DNA of 64,000 bases from Methanotrichaceae archaeon (GCA_963754945.1 CAVWIG010000028.1:96001-160000), one strand, 5' to 3'; numbered from the stretch's first letter, positions 19,860-31,219 are shown. Translations and numbers: made by a program. The notes: generated from the letters alone by a model not told the origin.

Positions 19860-19941
19860 CCAGGGGTTCTTGGAAGTTATACTACTTGGATTTTTGCCCG
19901 GACCAAAACGCTATTATCATATGATGCTCTCGTGGAGTGGG

Positions 19942-20352
19942 ATGGCCAAGAACAGGAAAAAAGGCGGCAAATCCAAAGAAGACCAACAGATAGAGGAAAA
20001 GGGCAACAATGCCCCCCAGAACACTGCAATCAAGAGTCCAATGCCCAAGGCCAGGCCAAAGACGCCAGCAGAACGAAGGAAAATCCAGATTGACGGCATA
20101 AAGAAGACCGTTTACCCATCAATTCTCGGTGCGGCTGCAGGCTTTGCCTGCTTCTACAGCCCGAGCTTAATAAACCAGCTTCCGTGGCATTTCGTGTTGC
20201 TGATGGTCATAGGGGCAACCTATTTTGTTCAGAAGATGACGTATCCTTTCTTGGGGATAGACGCCGCCGATTTCAAAGGTAAGGACTGGTTTTATGTCGA
20301 GTTTATTGTGATCGACCTTTGGCTTGTTTCCTGGACAATGCTTCTGAACTAG
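19942..20352 (+). CDS. small archaeal membrane protein (EMC6-like)
   Basis: Three TM segments, KDWFYVEF..WLVSWT; directly upstream of ABCE1. Confidence 0.7.
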   Translation: MAKNRKKGGKSKEDQQIEEKGNNAPQNTAIKSPMPKARPKTPAERRKIQIDGIKKTVYPSILGAAAGFACFYSPSLINQLPWHFVLLMVIGATYFVQKMTYPFLGIDAADFKGKDWFYVEFIVIDLWLVSWTMLLN

Positions 20353-20371
20353 GAGCTCAAAGGAGTCGGCC

Positions 20372-22132
20372 ATGAGAATAGCGGTAATAAATAGAGACAG
20401 ATGCCAGCCTCGGAAGTGTTCCAAGGAGTGCGAATACTTCTGCCCGCCGGTGCGCACAGGGGACGAGACCATAGTCTTCGAGGATAGCAAACCCCTGATA
20501 ACAGAGAGCCTGTGCGTGGGATGCGGGATCTGTGTTCGGAAGTGTCCTTTTGGAGCTATCACCATAACCAACCTTCCCGAGGAGATGGAGGCACCAGTTC
20601 ACAGATATGGCCAGAACGGATTCGCCCTTTACGGTCTGCCCATTCCTATGGAAGGAAAAGTAGCAGGAATCCTCGGACAAAACGGAATCGGAAAATCCAC
20701 CGCCATCTCCATTCTATCCGGAATACTGAAGCCCAACCTGGGCGGGAAAGCCTCATGGGATGAAGTCCTTGAGAGGTTTGCCGGATCTGCACTAGGCGAT
20801 TATCTCAAGAAGGTAGCAGACCAGGGAGTCAAGACCGCTTATAAACCTCAGTACGTGGACCGCATTCCCAAGAGCTACTCCGGCCCCGTCCGCGGACTTC
20901 TCGACCGCACCGACGAACGAGGTGCTCTGGAAGGTCTGGTGGAGACTCTGGGTCTCTCCAGGCTCATGGACAGAGAGATAAGCAGCCTCTCAGGGGGAGA
21001 GCTGCAGCGGGTGGCCATTGCGGCAACGGCAGCGCGCGATGCTGAATTCTACTTCTTCGACGAGATAAGTCCGTATCTGGACATCCATCAGCGCATAAAT
21101 GTGGCCAGGATACTGCAAAATCTGGCCGAAGGAAAGGCGGTCATGGTTGTCGAGCACGATCTCGCCCTCCTTGATCTTCTGGCGGAGAGCGTCCACCTGA
21201 TCTACGGAACGCCCGGTGCCTACGGTGTCATCACCCGGCCGAAAGGAGTCAGGATCGGGATCAATCAGTACTTGAAGGGCAACCTGCCCGAAGAGAACGT
21301 GCGGATAAGGTCCGAGGCTATTAAGTTCGAGGTGCACGCCCCGAGGATTGAGAAGGATGTTCCAACACTGGTGGAGTACGATGCCTTCAGCGTGGAGTAT
21401 CCTTCGTTCACCCTCAAGGCAGAGCCGGGCATCATTCGCAGCGGCGAGGTGGTTGGAATCCTGGGGCCTAACGGCATTGGAAAGTCCACTTACATCAAGA
21501 TCCTCGCCGGAGTGGAGAAGCCAACTACCGGCAACATCGACCTCAAGCTGAAGGTATCCTACAAACCACAGTACTTGAAGGCTGAATCGGACATGACAGT
21601 TCAGAGGCTGCTGAGGGAGACCACCCACGATTTCGACACCAGCTACTACCAGTCGGAGATCCTCCGGCCCATGGGGTTGGAGCCCCTTATGGACCAGAAC
21701 CTGATGGAGCTTTCGGGAGGCGAGCTGCAGCGGGTGGCAATTACGGCCTGCCTGTCGAGGGAAGCCGACATATACCTGCTGGACGAGCCGTCCGCTCACC
21801 TGGACGTAGAGCAGAGGATGCTGGCGGCAAAGGTGATGCGCCGGTTTGCCGAGTCAACGGAGCGATCCGTACTGGTTGTAGACCACGACATCTACCTGAT
21901 AGACCTCCTGTCGGAGAGGCTGATCGTCTTCGAAGGAGAGCCTGGGACCCTAGGAATCGCCTATCCTCCCTACGAGATGCGCGAGGGGATGAACGTCTTT
22001 TTAAAGGGCATCGGGATAACCTTCCGTCGGGACGAGGAGACCCGGAGACCCAGAGTGAACAAGCCTGGTTCCAGGCTGGACAGAGCTCAGCGAGATTCGG
22101 GCGAGTACTACTACCTCATTGAAGAAGCCTGA
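20372..22132 (+). CDS. rli: ribosome recycling ATPase ABCE1/RLI
   Basis: N-terminal FeS cysteines, two ABC domains (G.NGIGKST, LSGGELQR). Confidence 0.97.
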   Translation: MRIAVINRDRCQPRKCSKECEYFCPPVRTGDETIVFEDSKPLITESLCVGCGICVRKCPFGAITITNLPEEMEAPVHRYGQNGFALYGLPIPMEGKVAGILGQNGIGKSTAISILSGILKPNLGGKASWDEVLERFAGSALGDYLKKVADQGVKTAYKPQYVDRIPKSYSGPVRGLLDRTDERGALEGLVETLGLSRLMDREISSLSGGELQRVAIAATAARDAEFYFFDEISPYLDIHQRINVARILQNLAEGKAVMVVEHDLALLDLLAESVHLIYGTPGAYGVITRPKGVRIGINQYLKGNLPEENVRIRSEAIKFEVHAPRIEKDVPTLVEYDAFSVEYPSFTLKAEPGIIRSGEVVGILGPNGIGKSTYIKILAGVEKPTTGNIDLKLKVSYKPQYLKAESDMTVQRLLRETTHDFDTSYYQSEILRPMGLEPLMDQNLMELSGGELQRVAITACLSREADIYLLDEPSAHLDVEQRMLAAKVMRRFAESTERSVLVVDHDIYLIDLLSERLIVFEGEPGTLGIAYPPYEMREGMNVFLKGIGITFRRDEETRRPRVNKPGSRLDRAQRDSGEYYYLIEEA

Positions 22133-22353
22133 AAGGATCGCCAATAGATTCTGGCGCTCTTCTCTCAAGTTTTCGTCTCTACAAAGAGAGGAGCGGTTCA
22201 TTGCTATTGCTTACATTACATAGCACAGACTGAAACAAAAGAAGCGACAGAATATAATCGGGAAGGTTTTGAAGATCTAAAAACCTAAGAGATTAAAGAT
22301 TTAACAGGGCTCAAAAATCCACCCTGTTTTTGCCTATATTTTTGTATTACAGA

Positions 22354-22629
22354 TTACAACCAAGACTTAGAAAAAGATCTAAGATAGATCTCTTTAAAAG
22401 CTTCTTCTGGGTGGCCTGTGCTTCTGGTAGCAATCGCTGCAATACACTGGCCTGGTCCCATCGGGCTGGAAGGGAACCTGGGTCTGCTTGCCACAATCTG
22501 CACAAACTGCATCGTGCATCTCTCTTGGGCCTCTGTTGAAGCCACCACGTCTTTCTCTATCCATGCTAATTCACGTATCCTTTTGGATATATCCTGAGGA
22601 ACGCCCATGGTATATATATTAGTTTGCAT
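22354..22629 (-). CDS. possible hypothetical protein or remnant
   Basis: 91-aa ORF preceded by GGAGG; no recognised motif. Confidence 0.35.
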   Translation of the reverse strand: MQTNIYTMGVPQDISKRIRELAWIEKDVVASTEAQERCTMQFVQIVASRPRFPSSPMGPGQCIAAIATRSTGHPEEAFKEIYLRSFSKSWL

Positions 22630-23036
22630 TCCTGGCCTCCTCTGTGCAACAATCCCAAAAATGTTTGACCCTCATATTGCAACGTGAATAGTTCTGAGAA
22701 TATCGGCAAGTTATGTCAGCCACAACGTACAATGCCGTGCCTCTCTGTAGGAATATACTTCAGCATTGATTCGTTCCAATTTCGTCAAGCGTTTACCCTA
22801 AATACTTCCTCAGAGAATGTGTGAGTTTCAAGCGAAGGGACATTCTATCCCGTTAGACCGTTCGCCATCTGGTCCTCCGTATTAGTCCCTTCGCTTACCG
22901 TCTAACTCCTGATGGCTTAGATCTTTCGGTTTGCTCGATTCTTGAACCGTTCAACTATATTCAGCGCTCGGCTGCGAGAAGGTTCTGGAGTAGACATGCC
23001 AATCGATATTTATATGGAACTGCTCATTGGGGACTG

Positions 23037-24233
23037 ATGAAGATAAACGCAGATCTCCACATTCACTCTAAGTATTCAGCAGCGGTATCGCGTGACATGG
23101 ACTTGCCGGATATCGCCAGAGAAGCCAAAAAGAAAGGCGTTGGGATCGTTGGCACCGGAGACTGTCTTCATTTCAAGTGGCTTCAGGGGATAAAGGCCCT
23201 CCCGGAAAGCGATGGCCTCTTTACTCTGGACGGCACACGCTATGTTTTGACAGTAGAGGTCGAAGACTCACACCGGGTTCACCACCTGATAATCCTGCCG
23301 GATGTTGCCAAGGCAATGGAACTCAGAGAGAGGTTTGCTGGAAGGACAACTTCCCTTGACTCCGACGGCCGACCCAAGCTTCATATGAACGGTGCAGAGA
23401 TAGCCGATGTCGTAATCGAGGCTGGCGGCCTGATCGGTCCCAGCCATGCCTTTACACCCTGGACAGGAATGTACGCAGCATACCGATCGCTTAGAGAGTG
23501 CTACCAGGAGCACGCCGACAGAGTCACGTACATCGAGCTTGGTCTCTCGGCAGACACAGACTACGCGGATAGAATTGCTGAGCTTTCCACAAAGACTTTT
23601 CTTTCAAACTCGGACGCTCACTCCCCCAGGTCCAATAAGCTTGCCAGGGAGTTCAATCAGCTCGAAATACAGAACCTGAGCTATGAGGACCTCCGCGATG
23701 CCCTAACCAGGGAGAAAGGAAGGCGTGTCACATTGAACGTCGGGTTCTATCCCGAAGAGGGCAAGTACAACCGAACAGCATGCACCAGATGCTACCGGCA
23801 GTACACGGCTGATAAGATGGATGAGCTGCAGGGCAGGTGTCCAGAATGCAGTGGCCAGATAAAGCTAGGGGTAAGGGATAGGGTAGAATCCCTGGCCGAT
23901 TTTGCGGAGCCTGTGCACCCGGACCATCGTCCGCCTTATCTCCACCTCATACCTCTGGCGGAGATCATCGCCATGGCTCTCGGCATCAAGAGTGCCCTGG
24001 CCGTTGGCGTGCAGCGACGCTGGAATGAGCTCGTTGAGGGCAGAACGGAGATAGAGGTGCTGATGCAGGCCGAACTCTCCGAGCTGGAGGCTGAGCCCAA
24101 GGTGATCGAGGCAATCGAGGCATTTCGGACTGGAAAGGTGATAGTCAAACCAGGAGGCGGAGGGAAGTACGGAGAGGTAACGCTTCCTGAGCAATCCCAA
24201 AGTCGAGAGCAGAAGTGCCTGTTCGACTTTTGA
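23037..24233 (+). CDS. PHP-domain endonuclease Q-like protein (TIGR00375 type)
   Basis: DLHIHSKYS, HAFTPW, ELGLSAD, NSDAHS, GKY..TAC.RC, C-terminal PIP-like QKCLFDF. Confidence 0.88.
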   Translation: MKINADLHIHSKYSAAVSRDMDLPDIAREAKKKGVGIVGTGDCLHFKWLQGIKALPESDGLFTLDGTRYVLTVEVEDSHRVHHLIILPDVAKAMELRERFAGRTTSLDSDGRPKLHMNGAEIADVVIEAGGLIGPSHAFTPWTGMYAAYRSLRECYQEHADRVTYIELGLSADTDYADRIAELSTKTFLSNSDAHSPRSNKLAREFNQLEIQNLSYEDLRDALTREKGRRVTLNVGFYPEEGKYNRTACTRCYRQYTADKMDELQGRCPECSGQIKLGVRDRVESLADFAEPVHPDHRPPYLHLIPLAEIIAMALGIKSALAVGVQRRWNELVEGRTEIEVLMQAELSELEAEPKVIEAIEAFRTGKVIVKPGGGGKYGEVTLPEQSQSREQKCLFDF

Positions 24234-24280
24234 TGGCACAGATCCTATCTGATTTGACCGATGAATCCTTTTGACTTTTT

Positions 24281-27200
24281 CTATGGAATCTCCCCATCAG
24301 ATGATTCGCTGAATGCGGGACACGGACCTGGACATTCTGCCAGAGCCTCCTGGTTCCAGTTGTAATCGGAAGGGGGTTCATTGGGGCAAATAACCTCTGT
24401 GCAGGATGAGTCCTTCCCGCTCTTGCCTGGCTTTCCCGGCGTCGGCCCGACCACCACTTCAGCGCTGGCCTCTGCAGACACGGATCCCTGGCCGTGCACC
24501 AGAATGGCATCCACATGGACCAGACCAATGAACTTGCCATCTCGTGAAGCTTCGGCTCTGTAGGTTATGGAGCGTTGCACGCCCGGTGCCAGGTCCATGG
24601 TCATCCATTTCACAGCGTTTTGGCTTTGCTTTGAGGGCACCATTGATGAGTTGAGAAATCTCATACCGTCGGGAATGTGGTCAGTAATCACGGTCGTCAT
24701 GGTGCTTTTGGCTCTATTCTTGAGGGTGATGTTGTACCACACTATGGTTTTCTTAAGCGGATCAATCCTCGCTGTCTCTGTCAGATCGATCTCCGGAGGA
24801 CAACAGCCAAGCCAGCTTTTTTCAATAGTCGATATGTTGCTGGCGGTGACCAATTTATCGCCGTATTCGCCGGCCACCTTTACCCTGTTGACCAGATCGG
24901 AGTCCGGCTCGGCCTTCAGCCACAAGCCAATGGTGATTGAGCTGCCGATGCCCAAGTTCATCAGAGTCCAGTTGGCTCGCCCGGAGTCCGTCTTTATCGG
25001 CATGATTGAGGAGTTGATGAACTCCGTTCCGGGAGGTAATAGGTCCGTGATGCGAACTGGACCTAAAGCTGTGTTGCCGTCGTTATGAACATTGATTTTG
25101 TACTCTGCTACCGTGATGTTTACATCATTGATTCTTTCCGTCTTGGTTTGCCCTTCTTTGATAACCGAAATATGAGGTCGGTCAAAACTCGCCACGCCTT
25201 TGAGCAGCAGATTGCGTTTAATGGAGAAGACTCCGTTGTTCTCCTGGTCCAGCTTCAGATTGTCGCCTGATCGGGCACCGAATCTGGCCCTTCCTGAGAA
25301 GTCTGCCTCTGTCTCCATCTGGTTCAGGCCTTTGGCTGTAGTCGTTTTCTTAAGGCGTTGGATGTCTTCGAACTCCTCCACGATATATCCAGTGTCCTTT
25401 ATTTTGGACCACATCCCTTCCTTCCATCCTGCCGAAGCGGTAATGTTCATTCTCGACATGTAGCCATACCGTACTGGACGGCAGTTCAGGAGGATCTTCT
25501 TATCCATGAAGCTGGTTGGAGTGTCTATCAGCTCCTCAATCCGGTAGTCTCCAGATCCCGACTCGTAAGTCCTCTGGCTCAGGCGGATGTGTTTGTCTGC
25601 GTTCACGGAACCTGTGCCATTTGCTGATTCATTCATCCGGACATCCTCGCCGTACTCGTTTACGTCCTGGAAAACTCTAAAGCGTCCCGCGTAGTGATCT
25701 CTGGATTCGAAAGTCAGACATCCGGTCTCCGCCACCGACTTTCGCAGAAATCCCAGATGGGCATCGCCTTCGAAGTCTGTTCTGACAGCGATATCCGTGC
25801 CATTTTTGTCCAGTTTGATCTTGCTTTTGTGCTCGATCTTATCGGCATAGCGGTACGATTCTTCCGTGGATGTGCCCGAGATTCGGTTCTTGGCTATCGT
25901 TCGATCGGACCATTTTGACCTGAAATGCGCAATCCTGTTTCCCGGCAGTGCAAACGTGGTTGGCTTTGTTCTCGCCGACAGGATCTTTTCGACTTCTACC
26001 GACCTGTTCTTAGAATGGAGCTGCAGGATCGCCTTACTGGAATAACTGCCGCTTCCATGTTCGTTAGCTTGCAGTTCAGTCCCCGGGGCGCTCGATATTG
26101 TGACCTTCTCGTTAGCATGACCCTCGAAATCTTCGGCGGTAACGTAGACCTGGTTGTTCAAATAATGCTGTTCCTGGGTCGTAGAGAATTTGTTGGCGAC
26201 ATTGACAAAGCCATCTCCGACTATCTTTTGATCTGCGTTGAAGTTGATCTCGGATACAGGCACTCTGACAGTAAGAATGATGATCACTGATGAGCCTGGT
26301 TCAATCAGGCTGAAGTGCCAGACCCCGTTGCTATCTGGCAAGGGTGAGGCAGAAACGAACTCGATCCGGGAATCGAAATTGTCCCTTACAAGGACGTTCT
26401 TAACGGGGATTTTTCCAGTGTTGGCGAGTAGTATCGTATATATTATATCTTCTCCTGGACTGAACACCTTTTTAGATGCAGTCTTACTGACGGTTAGCAC
26501 TGGAGTCAGGGCATTTACCTTCGTAGAATTTGAACTAGCGAATTTGTAGCCGGTTGAGTTAACATTATAGGAGACTGTTACGCTGTTGTCCAATTCTCCA
26601 AACTTGCTTCCATCAATCGTTGCCACCAGCTTGGCCTGGGTTTTATCTCCTGGGGCGAGATCTACACGATTCGACCAAATGACTGTATTTCCCACATCGG
26701 ACCCAGCTGGATCGCTTGATACGTAGTTCAGTCCAGTAGGGAGGGAATCTGCAATGCCGGTCAATATGATGCTAGAGTTGCTAACGTTTTTAGAGTTTTT
26801 TGCCATTCGGTTTTCTATGCTTATGCCGAAAGTGATGTTTGATCCTTTAGGCCCTGAATCTGGCATGGCATCAATTAAAACCAATATTGGCGAAATGGAC
26901 TTTACAGTGACACTACCGGAGCCGTAGACGTAGTCGCCGATGTAGGGCTTTCCTGTTGCTATGACTATATTTTCTAGCTCGCCGAATATTGGTCCGTCAA
27001 TTTTTGCTTTGAGATGAATGGATGTCGACGATCCTGGACTTAGAGCAGAATTCGAGATATTGTTCCAGATAATCGTTCGGGACCCATTGCTGTTTATTTG
27101 ATTACTGTCCGGATCGATAGACGCAGATGAGTAGTTCAGCCCTGTGGGCAGGAGGTCTACAACCCTTAAGTCGTTGAGGTTCACCTCTCCAGTGTTGGTC

Positions 27201-30200
27201 AGCTCTATCATGAAGTCCACAGGTGTCTCTAAGCTGCCTGAGCTCGGAGTAGACGTTTCGACGACCTGGATAGCAGATCTGCAGGCGGTTACATTTTTCA
27301 GATCTTCTCCCGTGACATCGAAACCCGTTAGGGTGATGCCGGTCGCTACAACTCTGTTCTGTAGAGGCCCATGCTGTGTTCCATCCACCCAAGTGTACAA
27401 ATGAATTGTTGTGGACGAATTTGGGGCAAGGGGCACAGATAGTACATTGTTCCATGTCATATCTGTGGTTCCATCCGGATCAATTTTTTTCACGGATGGG
27501 GCGATGGATGCGGAAGAGAAGCTCAATCCTTTGGGCAACAGGTCCACCAGCTTAACTTCATCGAGATTGACATCCCCTGTGTTAATTATATCCATCTTAA
27601 AATCTATTATAGTTCCAAGGCTTCCGGATTCAGGAGTTGGTGTCAGGGCAATCTCAATAGCAGGAACGAAAGCGGTTATACTCCTCCTATCCTCTCCGGT
27701 TACATTGAACCCTTCCGATGTGCAGCCTGTGGCTGTGATTTTGTCCTGTAACAAACCCGACTGCGTCCCGTCTATTGTAGCAGCAAGATGGATCGATTTG
27801 GATGCATCCGGAGCGAGAGGCTCAGTTAAGACATTATTCCATGTGACTGAAGTAGTTTTATTATGATTGGCTCTTTTCTTGGTTGGATCGATGGATGCTG
27901 ATGAATATTTTAATCCCTTTGGCAGCAGATCCACAAGTTTGACAGCATCGAGATATGTATCTCCAGTGTTAGTGATATCTATCCTAAAATCTATCGAAGT
28001 ATCAAGACTTCCCGATTCGGGAGTTGATACTGCTACAACCTGGATAGCCGATTTGCAAGCAGTAATATTCACCTCATCCTCTGCGGTTATATCGTCCCCT
28101 GTCGGAATTGTTCCTGTAGCTGTGATGGTATTTTGGAGCGAACCTGACTGCATTCCGTCTATCTTCGAAACTAGATGGAACGATGTTGACGCGTTCGGAG
28201 TTAGCGGTGCAGTCAGGATGTTGTTCCATGTGACCGACGTACTTTTATTATGATGTACCGTCTTCTTGTCGGGATCAATTGATGCTGATGAATATTTCAA
28301 TCCTGTAGGCAGCAGATCCACGACCTTGACGGCATCCAGATTCACATCTCCCGTGTTGGTTATGTCTATCTTGAAATCCACTAGATTCCCAGGGCACCCC
28401 GACTCCGGTATAGGTGTCTCAGATACCTCGATTGCTGATCTGCGAGCTATGATATCTTTACTGATCTCTGTGGTTACGTTCGACCCCGTTAGAGGCTTTC
28501 CTGTGACAGTGACTGCATTTTGTAGCGGCCCAAATCGAGTCCCGTCTATAATGGCCGCCAAATGGATCGTTGCTGGTACGTTTGGTGGGAGCGTCGCAGT
28601 CAGTATGTTGTTCCAAGTGAGCGATGTATCGCCAGTGGCACCGAAGGTTCTTTCAGAAGGGTTGATGGATGCTGTTGAATAGCTCAATCCTTTGGGCAGT
28701 AGGTCGACCAACTTAAGAGATTCAAGGTTCACCTCTCCTGCGTTTGTTATATCTATCCTGAGGTCTACCGGGGTCCCGGGGACTCCCTGATCGGGTGAAG
28801 ATGTTAAAGAAACCAAGACGGCCGATCTATAAACCGTAATATTCTGTTCGCCCTCCGCGGTCACATTATACCCCGTTGGAGGTGTTCCCACAGCTATAAT
28901 TTTGTTTTGTATCGAGCCGCATTGGGTCCCATCTATCGCAGCGAACAGATGAATCGATGTGGACGCGTCAGGAGCCAGAGGGGCAGTCAGAAGGTTGTTC
29001 CATTCGATTGATGTTGTTCCATTGCCTTCGATCCTATTCCCTGTTGGGCTGATGGATGCCGACGAATATCTCAATCCTTTAGGCAGAATGTCTACCAGAT
29101 TAACTTCGTTTAGATCCACCTCTCCCGTGTTGGTCAGGTCTACCTTGAAGTCGACCAAGGTCCCAGAACTTCCCGAAGCTGGAGCCGGAGTCTCGACGAC
29201 CGCTATTGCCGATCTATAAGCGTTAATATCCTTCTTGTCTTCTACAGATACAATGGATCCATCCGGAGACGTTACATCGACCACAACGCTATTCTGAATA
29301 GTGCCTAACTTAGCACCATCTATCTCTGCACGAAGATGAATCGATGTGGAGTTGTCCGGAGCAAGGGGTCCAATCTGGATATTGTTCCAAGAGATTGTTG
29401 TAGTTCCATTGTCGTTGACTTTTTTCTCTACTGGATCAATGGATGCCGATCTGAACCTCAATCCTCTGGGAAATAGGTCGACCAACTTAAGGGATTCGAG
29501 GTTCACCTCTCCCGCGTTAGTCAGGTCTATCCTGAAATCCACCAAGGTCCCTGGGCTTCCAGAGTCTGGGGTGGCTGTTTCGGCCAGGTGAACGGCTGGC
29601 ATGAAGGCAGTTACACTCTTCATGTCGTTTCCTGTTACACTGAACCCCGCTTGAGTTAGGCCCTTGGCATAGATTTTGTTCTGCAGCGAACCCGAATGAC
29701 TTCCATCTATAACAGCAACGAGATGAATTGAAGCGGATGAGTTCGGTGCCAGAGGTGCTGCAAGGATGTTGTTCCATACGACTGAGGTTGTCCCATTCTC
29801 CTCGACCTTTTTCTCGGTTGGATCGACGGACGCGGATGAGTACCTCAATCCTTCGGGAAGCAGGTCTTCCAGGTTTATCGCGTTGAGATTGACGTCTCCT
29901 GTGTTGGTTATATCTATCTTGAAGTCAATGCTGCTTCCGGGAACGCCAGACTCCGGGATTAGTGTTTCGTTGACCTGTAATCCTGGCCTGTATGCGACCA
30001 ACTCTAACGAATCATCATCTGTGACGTTGCATCCGCCTGGAGGCCAGCCCGTGACTGTAGCCCTATTAACCAGAGTTCCATATTTCTGACCGTCGATCTT
30101 TGCGGTCAGGCGTACTGGAATCGAACTACCTGGGGAAAGATTGCCGAGATTGTCCCACTTTATCTTCCTGCCTAGTTCAGATCCTGCAGGATTGCTGGAG

Positions 30201-31219
30201 ATGAAGGTCAACCCTTCTGGAATAGTGTCAGTGAGTTCCAGGCGTAGAGACACTTCTCCTGTGTTCGAGATGTTGATAGCAAAATCAGTAATAGTACCTG
30301 GAGAACCCGATGATGGAGACACATTTTCGGATAGCTCAACCCCTGATCTAAGGGCCTGGACATTTGTACTGGTAGTGTTGACCACACGGTACGCATCTTT
30401 GGGCGGTTTGGCAATTAATCTCAGGCTGTCCGTTAGCTGGCCGAATGCCTCTCCGGTCATTCGAGCCTTCAACGTTATTATCTTTGGGTCTGTTTTGATG
30501 GGTCCCAAATTGTTCCAGGTAAGGTTGGTGGTACCGTTATCGTAAATGATGGTTGAATTAGGGGCTGGAACGGCACTTCCAGTGACGTAGCTTAATCCTT
30601 TAGGCAGGAAGTCGGAGAACCTAACCGAGCTGAAGCTATCCTCTCCGGTGTTGAGGACTTTGATGGAATAGGTCAATTCAGCGCAGGAAGCTCCTGATGA
30701 AGGCGACGCCGATTCGACGATTCTTATATTAGGTTTTAGAACGGTCACGCTGTAAGATTTGGAGGCGAGTACTGCTTTTCCAGTCTGATCCTTGCCGGTT
30801 ACTGTAGCGTAGTTCACTACAGGACCGAAGACTCTTCCATTTCTTGTGCCTCTGGGGTATACCGTCTTGTTGCCCCCGGATTTCATATTTCCAATGTTCC
30901 AGGTTATTGTGGAGGACCCGTTCTCATTCAGGGTATTGCTGGAAGGTGTCAGAGTGGATCCAGTAAAGGTAATGCCGTTTGGCATGAGATCTGTAAGAAC
31001 CACAGAACTCAGATTACTATCGCCAGTATTTATTATGTATATCTCGAAGTTGGAGCTTGCTCCTGGGGACCCCGTCGGATAGCCTGTTGAGGACACGGTC
31101 TTGGCAATGCTAAGGCTTGGGGCGGCACCAGCCGCTTGGATCCAGAGGCAAAATGGAGGAGATATCAGGAGCAATATCACAAGCAACCTGATCGTCGATA
31201 CAGTTTTGTCTGTGGTCAT
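24281..31219 (-). CDS. giant secreted surface protein with about 15 DUF11/Ig-like repeats
   Basis: Signal peptide; repeated F.IDITNTG.VNL...DLLP.GL.Y..AS units with a 129-aa core period. Confidence 0.9.
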   Translation of the reverse strand: MTTDKTVSTIRLLVILLLISPPFCLWIQAAGAAPSLSIAKTVSSTGYPTGSPGASSNFEIYIINTGDSNLSSVVLTDLMPNGITFTGSTLTPSSNTLNENGSSTITWNIGNMKSGGNKTVYPRGTRNGRVFGPVVNYATVTGKDQTGKAVLASKSYSVTVLKPNIRIVESASPSSGASCAELTYSIKVLNTGEDSFSSVRFSDFLPKGLSYVTGSAVPAPNSTIIYDNGTTNLTWNNLGPIKTDPKIITLKARMTGEAFGQLTDSLRLIAKPPKDAYRVVNTTSTNVQALRSGVELSENVSPSSGSPGTITDFAINISNTGEVSLRLELTDTIPEGLTFISSNPAGSELGRKIKWDNLGNLSPGSSIPVRLTAKIDGQKYGTLVNRATVTGWPPGGCNVTDDDSLELVAYRPGLQVNETLIPESGVPGSSIDFKIDITNTGDVNLNAINLEDLLPEGLRYSSASVDPTEKKVEENGTTSVVWNNILAAPLAPNSSASIHLVAVIDGSHSGSLQNKIYAKGLTQAGFSVTGNDMKSVTAFMPAVHLAETATPDSGSPGTLVDFRIDLTNAGEVNLESLKLVDLFPRGLRFRSASIDPVEKKVNDNGTTTISWNNIQIGPLAPDNSTSIHLRAEIDGAKLGTIQNSVVVDVTSPDGSIVSVEDKKDINAYRSAIAVVETPAPASGSSGTLVDFKVDLTNTGEVDLNEVNLVDILPKGLRYSSASISPTGNRIEGNGTTSIEWNNLLTAPLAPDASTSIHLFAAIDGTQCGSIQNKIIAVGTPPTGYNVTAEGEQNITVYRSAVLVSLTSSPDQGVPGTPVDLRIDITNAGEVNLESLKLVDLLPKGLSYSTASINPSERTFGATGDTSLTWNNILTATLPPNVPATIHLAAIIDGTRFGPLQNAVTVTGKPLTGSNVTTEISKDIIARRSAIEVSETPIPESGCPGNLVDFKIDITNTGDVNLDAVKVVDLLPTGLKYSSASIDPDKKTVHHNKSTSVTWNNILTAPLTPNASTSFHLVSKIDGMQSGSLQNTITATGTIPTGDDITAEDEVNITACKSAIQVVAVSTPESGSLDTSIDFRIDITNTGDTYLDAVKLVDLLPKGLKYSSASIDPTKKRANHNKTTSVTWNNVLTEPLAPDASKSIHLAATIDGTQSGLLQDKITATGCTSEGFNVTGEDRRSITAFVPAIEIALTPTPESGSLGTIIDFKMDIINTGDVNLDEVKLVDLLPKGLSFSSASIAPSVKKIDPDGTTDMTWNNVLSVPLAPNSSTTIHLYTWVDGTQHGPLQNRVVATGITLTGFDVTGEDLKNVTACRSAIQVVETSTPSSGSLETPVDFMIELTNTGEVNLNDLRVVDLLPTGLNYSSASIDPDSNQINSNGSRTIIWNNISNSALSPGSSTSIHLKAKIDGPIFGELENIVIATGKPYIGDYVYGSGSVTVKSISPILVLIDAMPDSGPKGSNITFGISIENRMAKNSKNVSNSSIILTGIADSLPTGLNYVSSDPAGSDVGNTVIWSNRVDLAPGDKTQAKLVATIDGSKFGELDNSVTVSYNVNSTGYKFASSNSTKVNALTPVLTVSKTASKKVFSPGEDIIYTILLANTGKIPVKNVLVRDNFDSRIEFVSASPLPDSNGVWHFSLIEPGSSVIIILTVRVPVSEINFNADQKIVGDGFVNVANKFSTTQEQHYLNNQVYVTAEDFEGHANEKVTISSAPGTELQANEHGSGSYSSKAILQLHSKNRSVEVEKILSARTKPTTFALPGNRIAHFRSKWSDRTIAKNRISGTSTEESYRYADKIEHKSKIKLDKNGTDIAVRTDFEGDAHLGFLRKSVAETGCLTFESRDHYAGRFRVFQDVNEYGEDVRMNESANGTGSVNADKHIRLSQRTYESGSGDYRIEELIDTPTSFMDKKILLNCRPVRYGYMSRMNITASAGWKEGMWSKIKDTGYIVEEFEDIQRLKKTTTAKGLNQMETEADFSGRARFGARSGDNLKLDQENNGVFSIKRNLLLKGVASFDRPHISVIKEGQTKTERINDVNITVAEYKINVHNDGNTALGPVRITDLLPPGTEFINSSIMPIKTDSGRANWTLMNLGIGSSITIGLWLKAEPDSDLVNRVKVAGEYGDKLVTASNISTIEKSWLGCCPPEIDLTETARIDPLKKTIVWYNITLKNRAKSTMTTVITDHIPDGMRFLNSSMVPSKQSQNAVKWMTMDLAPGVQRSITYRAEASRDGKFIGLVHVDAILVHGQGSVSAEASAEVVVGPTPGKPGKSGKDSSCTEVICPNEPPSDYNWNQEALAECPGPCPAFSESSDGEIP

